Assembly (NCBI GenBank): GCA_018813285.1
Contig: JAHJBY010000033.1
Span: 3,723-67,722 of the forward strand
DNA length: 64,000 nt
Direction of reading: 5' to 3'
Source: Candidatus Omnitrophota bacterium
GTDB lineage: Bacteria > Omnitrophota > Gorgyraeia > Tantalellales > Tantalellaceae
In this document: piece by piece, positions 9,347-18,092 of the stretch
Numbering within the stretch: position 1 is the first letter of the stretch
Layout of the letters: the number at the start of each line of letters is the position of its first letter
Notes under the pieces: model-generated
Database searches by the model: none
Seen by the model: only the letters and a program-made list of their open reading frames with translations
What the model was told of the DNA's origin: nothing
Translations under genes and position numbers: made by a program

Positions 9347-9763
9347 TTATTCCCCGATCGCCTGCAATACCAGTTCGCGTCCACGCGGCCGGGTATCAAA
9401 ATCGCAAAAAATTATTTGCTGCCACGTTCCAAGGGTCAGCTCCCCATCAACAAACGGCACAGAAAACGACGGTCCCATCATAGTCGAACGGATATGTGAA
9501 GAACCGTTGTCATCGTTCCATGTCTTGCCATGCTCATAGGCCTTTCCCGAGGGGGCAAACATCTCAAGCGCTTCCTTAAGATCCTTAACAAGATTCGGCT
9601 CATATTCTATTGTGCTAATGCCTCCTGTTGAGCCCGGGCTAAAAACAGTCAACACCCCGCTTTTAAGACCGGATGCGCGAACAAGTTCCCCGCAATCGGG
9701 AGTTATATCCAGAATATCCGTGTCCCCGCGAGTCTGGATCCTCAAAGTTTTCGTAATGACCAT
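9347..9763 (-). CDS. yjbQ: YjbQ/UPF0047 family protein
   Basis: DNGSSHIRS, LGTWQQIIFCDFD. Confidence 0.9.
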   Translation of the reverse strand: MVITKTLRIQTRGDTDILDITPDCGELVRASGLKSGVLTVFSPGSTGGISTIEYEPNLVKDLKEALEMFAPSGKAYEHGKTWNDDNGSSHIRSTMMGPSFSVPFVDGELTLGTWQQIIFCDFDTRPRGRELVLQAIGE

Positions 9764-9771
9764 GTGGGCTA

Positions 9772-10164
9772 CTATAACTGGTGGTTAATGTAAGTGATCA
9801 ATTTCTCCCTATCGCCCGGCTTAAGGAAGTTGAAAAATATCGCAACATCATAATGCACTGTCTTGCCATCTTTCACAACGGGATGTTCCCTCACAACAAC
9901 ACCTTCAATGTGAAGAAGGAGAGGCGCGGAACCTGCTTTTTTGCCCGGCAAAGCGAGGACTATGTCGAGCCGGGTCATCAACGGGATAGGATTGGTGATC
10001 TTGCAATATACTCCACTCGCGCTGACATCAAGGCTTTGGGTTATAATTCCGAACCCTTCGCCTTTAAGCTGCACCTCTATTCCCTTATCCTCTATGCGGG
10101 GGAACTTCCGCCGTTCCGCGCTGTCCTTTCTGCTCTCTTTTCTTCGATCAATTCTTTTTCCCAT
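9772..10164 (-). CDS. PilZ domain protein
   Basis: ERRKFPR and DVSASG motifs. Confidence 0.85.
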   Translation of the reverse strand: MGKRIDRRKESRKDSAERRKFPRIEDKGIEVQLKGEGFGIITQSLDVSASGVYCKITNPIPLMTRLDIVLALPGKKAGSAPLLLHIEGVVVREHPVVKDGKTVHYDVAIFFNFLKPGDREKLITYINHQL

Positions 10165-10199
10165 GTTACCTTTCCTTTTTTTTGACTTCTCTCAACCGA

Positions 10200-10547
10200 T
10201 CATCCCGGAGGCCAGGTGAACTTTCGACCGCCCAGGAGATGCACATGCAAATGAAAAACTTCCTGTCCGGCATCACCGTTACAATTAACAACAATCCTGT
10301 ATCCGCTTTCTGAGATCGATAACCCCCTGGCAATATCTTTGATCTTAACGAACGTCTTGCCTAACATCACAGCATCGTCATCAGAAAGATCATTAAATGA
10401 TCTGATATGTTTTTTAGGAATTATCAGAAGATGTTCCGGCGCCTGCGGGGTAATGTCCTTAAAAGCGATCATTTGATCGTCTTCAAAAACAATATCAGCG
10501 GGTATCTTTTTGTCTCTTATGCCGCAAAAAACGCAATCTGTGCTCAT
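10200..10547 (-). CDS. hinT: Histidine triad nucleotide-binding protein
   Basis: DCVFC, AGQEVFHLHVHLLGGR, WPPG. Confidence 0.95.
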   Translation of the reverse strand: MSTDCVFCGIRDKKIPADIVFEDDQMIAFKDITPQAPEHLLIIPKKHIRSFNDLSDDDAVMLGKTFVKIKDIARGLSISESGYRIVVNCNGDAGQEVFHLHVHLLGGRKFTWPPG

Positions 10548-10556
10548 GTTGAGAGT

Positions 10557-10585
10557 ATTATAGCATCTCGTAAATATAGGGTCAA
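10557..10585 (-). promoter_or_regulatory. sigma70 promoter of hinT
   Basis: TTGACC-17 bp-TATAAT, with TG extended -10. Confidence 0.75.
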
Positions 10586-10594
10586 GGGGCGAAA

Positions 10595-10740
10595 TAGTCC
10601 GTCGGTCAACGGTCGATAGTCCACAGATTGAAAGGCGAGAGGCGGAACGCGGAACGACATCTCGTCCCGCGTTGTGTGTCCAGCGTTATGTGTTGTGTAT
10701 TGACGCGTGAATCGTAGGGGCGCGGAAACCGCGCCCCTAC
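10595..10740. repeat. Composite repeat: module X + module Y + REP palindrome
   Basis: gtcaacggtcgatagtccacagattgaaagg (10605-10635); module Y; gtaggggcgcggaaaccgcgcccctac (10714-10740). Confidence 0.85.
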
Positions 10741-11147
10741 TTTCTATCTTCTTCGGCCTTCTGTTTATCGGCTTCGGCCTTCTTTCTATCGGCTTCGGCC
10801 TTTTTCAGATAGCATTTCTTGTTGCAATAAAACGCGTCATTTCGATAGTACCATATTTTTTTCGCGAATGTCTTTCCACAAGACGCACATTCGGTTGGTT
10901 TTTGTGATGTCTTACTCCTTGGCTGAAAACCCTTTTTTTCAGACACCTCTTCGGCTTTCGCTTCTTCGGCCGGTACTTCTTCGGCTTTCGCTTCTTCGGC
11001 CGGTGCTTCTTCGGCTTTCGCTTCTTCAGCCGGTGTCTGCTCTTCTTGTTCAACCACGTTTTCTTCCGCTTCCACCGGTTTCTCTTCTATTTTGGCGTCA
11101 CTTTCACCGTTAGTTTTCTTTGCCTTCCGGTCGTCACTTTTACTCAT
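10737..11147 (-). CDS. Acidic low-complexity protein with C-terminal CxxC...CxxxC metal-binding ribbon
   Basis: PAEEAKAEE repeats; CASCGK...FYCNKKC; GGAGG SD; overlaps upstream PilZ stop. Confidence 0.7.
   Translation of the reverse strand: MSKSDDRKAKKTNGESDAKIEEKPVEAEENVVEQEEQTPAEEAKAEEAPAEEAKAEEVPAEEAKAEEVSEKKGFQPRSKTSQKPTECASCGKTFAKKIWYYRNDAFYCNKKCYLKKAEADRKKAEADKQKAEEDRK
10948..11035. repeat. In-frame 30-bp tandem repeat (x3)
   Basis: tcttcggctttcgcttcttcggccggt(a/g)ct repeated. Confidence 0.85.
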
Positions 11148-11506
11148 TTTTCCTCCGTTTTACTACCTGTCTTCGACTTCATCCATTTGGAATAGATATA
11201 ATTCAGCATTCGGCTACGATCATCACTTTTTATCTTTTTTATCTTTACTCCGCCTTCATGTCCGCTCGATCCACTCCTTTGCGGAACCGTCCAGGCGATC
11301 TCGCCCGTCACTATGACCGGTATATTGTCTCCCGGTATCATCATTTCTATCTCAACGTCCTCTCCCTGACGAATACTTTCCCCGCTCGCGACCCCCAGTC
11401 CATCCCTGCTGAAATTCTTGACAGTCACGCGCTTCCGCTCATTATTTTTTCCAAAAAAGGCGTCCATTAAGACATCAAATCTCATATAGTTGCGTTTTTC
11501 TTTCAT
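11144..11506 (-). CDS. PilZ domain protein
   Basis: EKRNYMR and NFSRDG motifs. Confidence 0.8.
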   Translation of the reverse strand: MKEKRNYMRFDVLMDAFFGKNNERKRVTVKNFSRDGLGVASGESIRQGEDVEIEMMIPGDNIPVIVTGEIAWTVPQRSGSSGHEGGVKIKKIKSDDRSRMLNYIYSKWMKSKTGSKTEEK

Positions 11507-11622
11507 ATGGCTCCCTGCTAATATTGTTCGGTCATCCCGCACTCAAATACACGTCCCAAGTGTAACTGGGTATCGCTATAATACATACAAAGGCGCAGTT
11601 TGTCCAGTTAAAATACGCGGCC

Positions 11623-11657
11623 AAAAAAAAAGGGCGAAATTACTCGCCCCTTTTTTT
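11623..11657 (-). terminator. Rho-independent terminator
   Basis: A-tract-gggcga...tcgccc-T-tract after TIGR04073 gene. Confidence 0.75.
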
Positions 11658-11672
11658 GCCACCAGGATCATA

Positions 11673-11999
11673 TTATTCGCTAAACACGAATTCGGGTTCC
11701 AGGACAGGCTGATAATCTTCCGGTATCGGGAACGGAAACATTACCACCTCATATACGCCAGCTCCTGTTCTAACTATGAACATGCCAATACCCTTCGCAA
11801 GCCCCATAGTTATACCGGCCAGAACATTGTCTTCAACACTTGTGTCATAAATGTTCTTCGGAAGTTCAACCCACCCGGTCAGTATGTTAGCAAGTCCCCT
11901 GCCAAGTTTTTTCGCAGGATCCTGTGCATAGCACTGCGTAGCCATGCCCAGCATGGCTACCACCATTAAACAAACCACCACCATTTTAAAAGCTCTCAT
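11673..11999 (-). CDS. TIGR04073-family secreted protein
   Basis: KKLGRGLANILTGWVELPKNIY...RTGAGVYEV..FPFP...PEFVF. Confidence 0.88.
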   Translation of the reverse strand: MRAFKMVVVCLMVVAMLGMATQCYAQDPAKKLGRGLANILTGWVELPKNIYDTSVEDNVLAGITMGLAKGIGMFIVRTGAGVYEVVMFPFPIPEDYQPVLEPEFVFSE

Positions 12000-12046
12000 A
12001 ATCGCTTTCACCCCCCTTTAAATTGTTCTTCGTTACCTGCGTCTTG

Positions 12047-12075
12047 AGTATATCATACCCATTTTTCGTTGTCAA
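12047..12075 (-). promoter_or_regulatory. Near-consensus sigma70 promoter of TIGR04073 gene
   Basis: TTGACA-17 bp-TATACT. Confidence 0.8.
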
Positions 12076-12077
12076 GC

Positions 12078-12440
12078 TCACGCGGTCAACACATCGTTGA
12101 CCACACCCGCGATCTTTACCTTATCTTTGTCCGCAATGTCCGTAAATTCTATCCCAACATCATATTCGTTCACATCTTTTTTGTTGAGCAGTTTCCGCCG
12201 GATCACCCACACAATGGTTCCCTGACATGATATAGGCCCTTCTTTCTCGCTGAGGTAAAGATCCAGGTTTGCCGTTTTAAATAGATCGAATTCTTTCCTC
12301 AAAATAACACAAATACCCCCGACCCCTATATTTTCCGTAAAGGTTTCAAATACTTCTTCTTTGCCGCGACTTGACACCCGAATACGGCATCTATAATTGA
12401 TGCGTGGAAATTTGCGTTTGTCTATACCTTCCCATAACAT
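12078..12440 (-). CDS. PilZ domain protein
   Basis: DKRKFPR and NIGVGG motifs, YDVGIEF. Confidence 0.85.
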   Translation of the reverse strand: MLWEGIDKRKFPRINYRCRIRVSSRGKEEVFETFTENIGVGGICVILRKEFDLFKTANLDLYLSEKEGPISCQGTIVWVIRRKLLNKKDVNEYDVGIEFTDIADKDKVKIAGVVNDVLTA

Positions 12441-12573
12441 GATACATAGTAGAATACACTATGATACCCGTTCTGACAAGCGGGAAATGTGAAATAGACG
12501 TTTCAGGGCGGGGGAACCCCGCTTTGCGTCATGCCTCATGTCGTTCCGCGTTTCGCGTCTTGCGTCCTGCCCC

Positions 12574-12602
12574 TTGACCCTGTATTTACGAGGTGTTATA
12601 AT
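12574..12602 (+). promoter_or_regulatory. sigma70 promoter of exeA-like gene
   Basis: TTGACC-17 bp-TATAAT, 6 nt before ATG. Confidence 0.75.
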
Positions 12603-12608
12603 GTGTCC

Positions 12609-13433
12609 ATGTATTATGAATATTATGGATTCCGGGAGAACCCGTTCAATGTCACCAGCGACCCCAGCTTTCTTTATTTGAGCGATACGCACAAAGAGGC
12701 ATTGAATCACCTGCGCTATGGCATTGAGCAAAGAAAAGGTTTTATAGAAATCACCGGGGAGATCGGCGCCGGAAAAACTACACTTTGCCGCTCCCTCCTG
12801 AACAGCCTCGAGACCAGCACAAAAACATCGCTTGTTTTTAATTCTAACCTGCCAGAAATACAGCTTCTTGAAGCGATAATGATAGATTTTGATATAATCC
12901 CGGGACGTCGAAATAAAATAACCTTTTACCGGCAGATAAACGAGTTTCTTCTTGAACAACTGAATATCGGCAAAAACGTAGTCCTCATTATCGATGAGGC
13001 TCAAAATCTCCGCAACCCTGCCCTTGAGTCGATACGCATGTTGTCGAATCTTGAGACTGAAAAAGAGAAACTCCTGCAGATAGTCCTTGTCGGACAGCCA
13101 CAGTTACGTGAAAAGCTGAATTCCCCTGATCTCGCGCAATTGCGGCAACGGATCGCCGTCAATTTCCATCTTCAGGCATTGAGGTCGGAGGAAGTTAAGG
13201 AATACATTAAACATCGTCTGCGGGTTGCCGGTTCGATGGACACTGTGACTTTTAGCGACGACGCCGTCCGGCTTATCGCGGCCTACTCCGAAGGAATACC
13301 CAGGGTGATCAACATAATTTGCGACAAATCCCTTTTGCTGGGATTCGTCAAAAATGCTTCGGTTATAGACCGTTCCATAATTCAAACCAGCATTGAGGAG
13401 CTAAAGGGCAACGTAACTCTTGCCGCTGTCTGA
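12609..13433 (+). CDS. ExeA/GspA-family AAA ATPase
   Basis: MYYEYYGFRENPF, GEIGAGKT, IIDEAQNL, LVGQPQL, GIPRVIN. Confidence 0.92.
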   Translation: MYYEYYGFRENPFNVTSDPSFLYLSDTHKEALNHLRYGIEQRKGFIEITGEIGAGKTTLCRSLLNSLETSTKTSLVFNSNLPEIQLLEAIMIDFDIIPGRRNKITFYRQINEFLLEQLNIGKNVVLIIDEAQNLRNPALESIRMLSNLETEKEKLLQIVLVGQPQLREKLNSPDLAQLRQRIAVNFHLQALRSEEVKEYIKHRLRVAGSMDTVTFSDDAVRLIAAYSEGIPRVINIICDKSLLLGFVKNASVIDRSIIQTSIEELKGNVTLAAV

Positions 13434-13434
13434 T

Positions 13435-13920
13435 ATGAGCATTATTTCCGAGGCCTTAAAAAAGGCCCAATCAAAACGGGCCGAAAATATCTTCTTAAAA
13501 AGCGAAGACGACAGTACCCTTGTGCCGGAAAGCCGCCATTCCCCGGCCTCTGCCGCATACCGACGATCTAAGATCCTTTTGTATGCCGCAATAGCCTTTG
13601 CTATCTTCGTTCTCTCCGGTGCCGCTTTGCTATACCGGAACCAACACGCAAGCGGCATCGTCTCCCGCGTACCGGTAACCGGGGCAAATATGACAAAGGG
13701 CATAATTAAAGAACAGAAAGCATTTTCCGGCCCTGTCATCCAAAAAACCCCACCGGCGCTTGGCGGAATAATGTACTCTCCTTCAAAACCTCAAGCCATA
13801 TTGAACGGACGGATAGTCGAAAAAGGAGACGCGGTTGGTGAATTCACTGTGGACAATATCCTTCCTGATGTAGTGAAAATAAGTTCCGGTGAAGATAAGT
13901 TTGATCTTCGCATGCGTTAA
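13435..13920 (+). CDS. ExeB/GspB-like protein
   Basis: MSIISEALKKAQ, TM, LGGIMYS...AILNG C-terminal domain. Confidence 0.8.
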   Translation: MSIISEALKKAQSKRAENIFLKSEDDSTLVPESRHSPASAAYRRSKILLYAAIAFAIFVLSGAALLYRNQHASGIVSRVPVTGANMTKGIIKEQKAFSGPVIQKTPPALGGIMYSPSKPQAILNGRIVEKGDAVGEFTVDNILPDVVKISSGEDKFDLRMR

Positions 13921-13975
13921 TACCATTTTAACGCGAACCGCATACCGCAAACCCCTCTATTTCATTTCTTTCATT

Positions 13976-15067
13976 TTATTTGACGTATTGACGGATCACG
14001 CTCTTGACGAGGAATTCAGGAATATTTTCAACAACCTTAACCGACCCGATCCGCACCGGCAGGACAAAGCGATTGCTTCCCGCGGTGAATTTTTTGTCAT
14101 GGAGGAAGGCGTTCACCACTTCTTTAAATGGGACATTTCGCGCTACGAAACGCAGGCCGGCATTTCGCACCAGGCATTTTATCCTGTCAAGATCATCCGC
14201 CTTAAACATTTCAAGCCTTAAGGCGATCTCGCCCGCCATAACCATTCCTATGGCCACTGATTCACCGTGATTAAAATCATCCGAGTATTTCGAGGCGGCT
14301 TCTATAGCGTGTCCCAGCGTATGCCCAAAATTCAACACTATTCTGATGTCTTTTTGGTCAAACTCGTCGTCCTTTACTATCCCCGCCTTTATCGCCGCGC
14401 ATTCGCAGATGACTTTTTCAAGGACTTTCTTGTCCCGAGAAAGGACCTTTTTCACATTCGCGTCCAGGTAGTCAAAAAATGTACGGTTGCTCGCGATCCC
14501 GTATTTGATGATCTCCGCAAGACCGTTGCGCAATTGCCGTGCCGGAAGTGTGCTTAAAAAGTCCGGATCCATCAGAACAACGCGCGGTTGTTTGAACGCG
14601 CCTATCAAATTCTTTGCTTCAGGCAGATCCACCCCCACCTTTCCGCCTATCGCGGAATCGACCATAGCAAGAAGAGTGGTCGGAACTTGGATAAACGGTA
14701 CACCCCGCCTGTAGGTCGCGGCGACAAATCCCGCCAGGTCCCCCACAACTCCACCGCCAAGCGCGACTATCAGCGGCCTATGCATCCGGGTCTTTTTGGC
14801 GATCTTTTGAACAATATCCTGATATATCGCCACGGACTTCGACAGTTCCGAGGGAGGCACTATGACGCGGTATACTTCATTCGAAAGTTTGCGTACGATC
14901 GGCGGGATCAAAGGAGCAGTCCTTGTGAGAACGTTACGGTCTGTTATGAAAATGACCGGACCGGTGAATTTCATCTCCTTGATAACGCCGGGTAACCGGG
15001 CAACCGCCCCGCGCCCAACCAGAATACTATAACTTCTTTCGCCGAGAGACACTCTTATCTTCTTCAT
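13976..15067 (-). CDS. aroB: 3-dehydroquinate synthase
   Basis: GGGVVGDLAGF, PTTLLAMVDSAIGGK, LNFGHTLGHAIE. Confidence 0.96.
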   Translation of the reverse strand: MKKIRVSLGERSYSILVGRGAVARLPGVIKEMKFTGPVIFITDRNVLTRTAPLIPPIVRKLSNEVYRVIVPPSELSKSVAIYQDIVQKIAKKTRMHRPLIVALGGGVVGDLAGFVAATYRRGVPFIQVPTTLLAMVDSAIGGKVGVDLPEAKNLIGAFKQPRVVLMDPDFLSTLPARQLRNGLAEIIKYGIASNRTFFDYLDANVKKVLSRDKKVLEKVICECAAIKAGIVKDDEFDQKDIRIVLNFGHTLGHAIEAASKYSDDFNHGESVAIGMVMAGEIALRLEMFKADDLDRIKCLVRNAGLRFVARNVPFKEVVNAFLHDKKFTAGSNRFVLPVRIGSVKVVENIPEFLVKSVIRQYVK

Positions 15068-15133
15068 GATACGTAACTATAGCACAAAAACTTATGAAAG
15101 GCAAAATTAGCAAGGGTGATGGGGCAAGTTCAT

Positions 15134-15808
15134 TCAATTTCGATACTTATCCAGCAGTTCTTCAGGAAAACCGATATTCCGCACGATGACTTTACCGCAA
15201 ACCACCGGGCCGTCTTTCTCAAAAAATCCGGTTTTAGGAAAACCGAATGTAATTGTCTGATCTGCCTTTATACAATTTTCGGAAGCCAGACCGGTGGTAG
15301 CGTCCAACCCGGAGGGAACGTCCACCGCATAACACAGGATATCCATCCCGTTGATGATCCTTCCTATGGCCGACACTTTCGGGGGTAACTCTCCGTGAAA
15401 TCCCGTTCCGAAAATGGAATCGATCACAGCTGAAAATTTTTCACGGTGACATCCTGCTGACAAAAAATCGGTCAAGGGAAATATCGGTATGCCTTCCTTC
15501 CTCGCGATATCGTAATTATCACGTGCGCATCCCACGCCGTCATTGATCTCGCCGGATGAAAAAACAGCAGGACTTCCCGGCGATTCTTGCGACAGGCGAC
15601 GGGCTATTACAAACCCGTCCCCCCCGTTATTCCCTTTACCGCAAAAAATGGCTATTCTTTTGTTCTGAAAAGGATTGAGCTCGGAAATTATGTGTTCCGC
15701 AACGGCTAACCCCGCATTTTCCATCAAACGAGACGCTGGAATACCATACTCATCCCGCGCCTTCCTGTCAATTTCAGACATGGTTTTAGCAGTAACCGGT
15801 TTTATCAT
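15134..15808 (-). CDS. nnrE: NAD(P)H-hydrate epimerase
   Basis: LMENAG, GKGNNGGDG, FGTG, DVPSG. Confidence 0.92.
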   Translation of the reverse strand: MIKPVTAKTMSEIDRKARDEYGIPASRLMENAGLAVAEHIISELNPFQNKRIAIFCGKGNNGGDGFVIARRLSQESPGSPAVFSSGEINDGVGCARDNYDIARKEGIPIFPLTDFLSAGCHREKFSAVIDSIFGTGFHGELPPKVSAIGRIINGMDILCYAVDVPSGLDATTGLASENCIKADQTITFGFPKTGFFEKDGPVVCGKVIVRNIGFPEELLDKYRN

Positions 15809-15895
15809 AATGAAGGGATCATTTAATCTTCGGAGAGACGGAACAGTTTTCTTAAGGACCAGACAGGTCAAGCTGCTGAAACTCCTCGAATGTCA

Positions 15896-16180
15896 TCATT
15901 TGGCTTTTCTCGTGTTATCCTTTTTGCCTTCGGGTCTGGCCGCGGCAGTTTCTTCCTTGACTGCTGCCGTGGCTCCTTCCGCGCCCTCTTCCTCGGCCGG
16001 ACCCTTGGTTTTCTTGACCTTAAACTTAACGCGCTTCACTTTGGGGAGCTTGTATACCGAATCTTTTTCTTCGTCCCATCTGTCTTTTTCGACAAGCTCT
16101 TTTATCTTCTCATGCCGTTTTATCACCGAACGGTATTTGCCCGCGCTATCGCCTAATTTTAAACTGGGATGTTGTGTCAT
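15896..16180 (-). CDS. PVC-superphylum small basic protein (TIGR04137-like)
   Basis: QHPSLK...RSVIKRHEKI...W.E..SVYKLPKVK. Confidence 0.8.
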   Translation of the reverse strand: MTQHPSLKLGDSAGKYRSVIKRHEKIKELVEKDRWDEEKDSVYKLPKVKRVKFKVKKTKGPAEEEGAEGATAAVKEETAAARPEGKKDNTRKAK

Positions 16181-16217
16181 CTATTCCTCCTTACACCATA
16201 TTTTAGTTGTACCCTTT

Positions 16218-16868
16218 CTATTGTTTCCTGATGTAACAATCCTGGTATTCCTCAATGAATTTTTCCTTTGCGCCCCGGGCTTCCCCGATGGTTTTATACC
16301 CCTTCACATAAGACTGGTACCACTTGCCGACCTTCACATACGCGGCATCGTTGCCGGCCTCTTTCAGCTTCGCTGTTTCCTTCTCAACATTTTCCTTTTC
16401 CGTAAAAGCCGCAAGCTGTATAGTATAGGCCGCCTCGTCCGGTTTAGCAACTGCTTTTTCACCTAAAACGCTTAATTCCCAAGGTTTCCGCGTCTCCTTC
16501 GTTTCTAATGTGTCCGTCGTTACATCTGACTCAGCCTTTTCTTCTCCTTCTTCATCCGGCGTCTCCCCGCCGGATCCGGAGATATCCGTGCTTCCCGCGT
16601 CTTTCGTCAATTCCGGCATGGTCTCAATAACCACAATGTCCGCCGGTCGTTGTTCCGGAACAGATCTCTTCCCGCTTTCGACACCGGCCGCGTATGCCAC
16701 CACCAGTAACACAAGCATCGCTATCCCAAAAACAACGACATATTCCACCGGAATACGAACATGCGGCATAAACCTTACGACCGGATATCCGGCCTTAAAG
16801 CCGAGCCGCTTCCCGCAGCCTGAAGAGGCGTGGTTAAAAAAGTCGTCCTGAAACTGATCATCCGTCAT
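16218..16868 (-). CDS. SPOR domain membrane protein
   Basis: TM segment; C-terminal YTIQLAAF...DCYIRK. Confidence 0.85.
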   Translation of the reverse strand: MTDDQFQDDFFNHASSGCGKRLGFKAGYPVVRFMPHVRIPVEYVVVFGIAMLVLLVVAYAAGVESGKRSVPEQRPADIVVIETMPELTKDAGSTDISGSGGETPDEEGEEKAESDVTTDTLETKETRKPWELSVLGEKAVAKPDEAAYTIQLAAFTEKENVEKETAKLKEAGNDAAYVKVGKWYQSYVKGYKTIGEARGAKEKFIEEYQDCYIRKQ

Positions 16869-16927
16869 GTCGGAAATCATTGTAGCATATTATCACAAAA
16901 TCGCAAGAGGGTTGTTCATGTCGGGTG

Positions 16928-17135
16928 AGAGCACAAGAGCACACGACACAAGGCACATGGCATCGTCAACGGTCGACAGTCCACAGATTGAAAGGCAAGA
17001 GGCGAGAGGCAAGAGGCGAGGGGCAAGGGGCATCCCGGTGATGGGTGATGGGTGAATCGTAGGGGCGAGAAGTGATGGGTGATGGGAACTCGCGAATCGT
17101 AGGGGCGCGGTTTCCGCGCCCCTACGATTTTAAGG
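16928..17135. repeat. Composite mosaic of heptamer arrays (ggcaaga, ggtgatg), module X and REP
   Basis: Module X 16965-16995; REP gtaggggcgcggtttccgcgcccctac 17099-17125. Confidence 0.85.
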
Positions 17136-17151
17136 GCGAATAGTAGATAGC

Positions 17152-17348
17152 GAAAGTGAAGTGAAAACGGAGAACTCATTACAGAAATTTAGCTTTTTAT
17201 TTGATCTTGAGAGCAAGATACCACACTCACAAATGTTCGAGCCCTCCGACAGCAAAAAGCCGGCGGATGGGCGAGTTTTGTGAGGCACGAAAGATCGAAT
17301 AAAAAGCGTTAAGAATTTCTGTAGAGGCCGAATTTTTACTTCACTTTC
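17152..17348. repeat. ~197-bp long imperfect palindrome (MITE-like or structured RNA)
   Basis: gaaagtgaag...tacagaaatt..gctttttatttgatctt pairs with aagatcgaataaaaagc..aatttctgta...cttcactttc. Confidence 0.75.
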
Positions 17349-18092
17349 TCATTTTTCGGATAAAAACTTTGATGGGGAGATATTTATCTCTATCCTGTCG
17401 GAGAGCAGGTGAAATGCTCCTGTCTTGAGATTGCCTTCCAATGTCAGAGACGTCCCATACCATCCGTCTTTTTCGGGGGTGAGAAACATCTGCCCGAAAT
17501 TCTCTATCAGACCAGCCGAAATAGCCGGCGAAAATGACATGCGCATATCCAGCATAGCGTCCCCGTTTTCGGGCCGATAGTCGCTTCCTCCCCCAACAAC
17601 AACATTATCGGAAACAGCGTCAAAGGGCCGAACGGATACACTGCCCTTATCAACAAGAACTGTAAAAGTTATGGATCGATACTTCCACCTGGAATCGAAA
17701 GGCACCCTTATCAGCGCGTCAAGCGACGAACCGAGACCACCCACCACCCTTTTGTCCGTGCCAACATTGAACCGAACCCCTTTCAACTGACAATCGAAAA
17801 CAAGCCTTCTTTCACCCCTCAATTCATCCCACCGGATCCGGAATACAGCGTTTTCCGCGTTGATCGTGAATCCCGTTTTCGGCGAATTTATCTCAAGCTC
17901 ACGGATGTATACTGACGTTAACGAATTACCCCTCCTGGCTCCGCAGGATACATGTATACCGGCAAGACGCCCGGCCAAAAATATGGCGATTTGATCAACA
18001 CGCGAAAACGCGAAGTAAAGCCCCGCGGCAAGACACACGAAGCAAACCGAAAAAACAACAACAGGACGCTTCATTTTTTTAAACAACATCAT
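17349..18092 (-). CDS. Membrane-anchored hypothetical beta-rich protein
   Basis: N-terminal TM, coupled to upstream gene. Confidence 0.6.
   Translation of the reverse strand: MMLFKKMKRPVVVFSVCFVCLAAGLYFAFSRVDQIAIFLAGRLAGIHVSCGARRGNSLTSVYIRELEINSPKTGFTINAENAVFRIRWDELRGERRLVFDCQLKGVRFNVGTDKRVVGGLGSSLDALIRVPFDSRWKYRSITFTVLVDKGSVSVRPFDAVSDNVVVGGGSDYRPENGDAMLDMRMSFSPAISAGLIENFGQMFLTPEKDGWYGTSLTLEGNLKTGAFHLLSDRIEINISPSKFLSEK

Noticed and set aside
15675-16466. Long plus-strand ORFs opposite real genes (also 11490, 20630, 21943, 41410, 54517)
   Set aside because: Antisense shadows of well-supported minus-strand genes with no recognisable motifs
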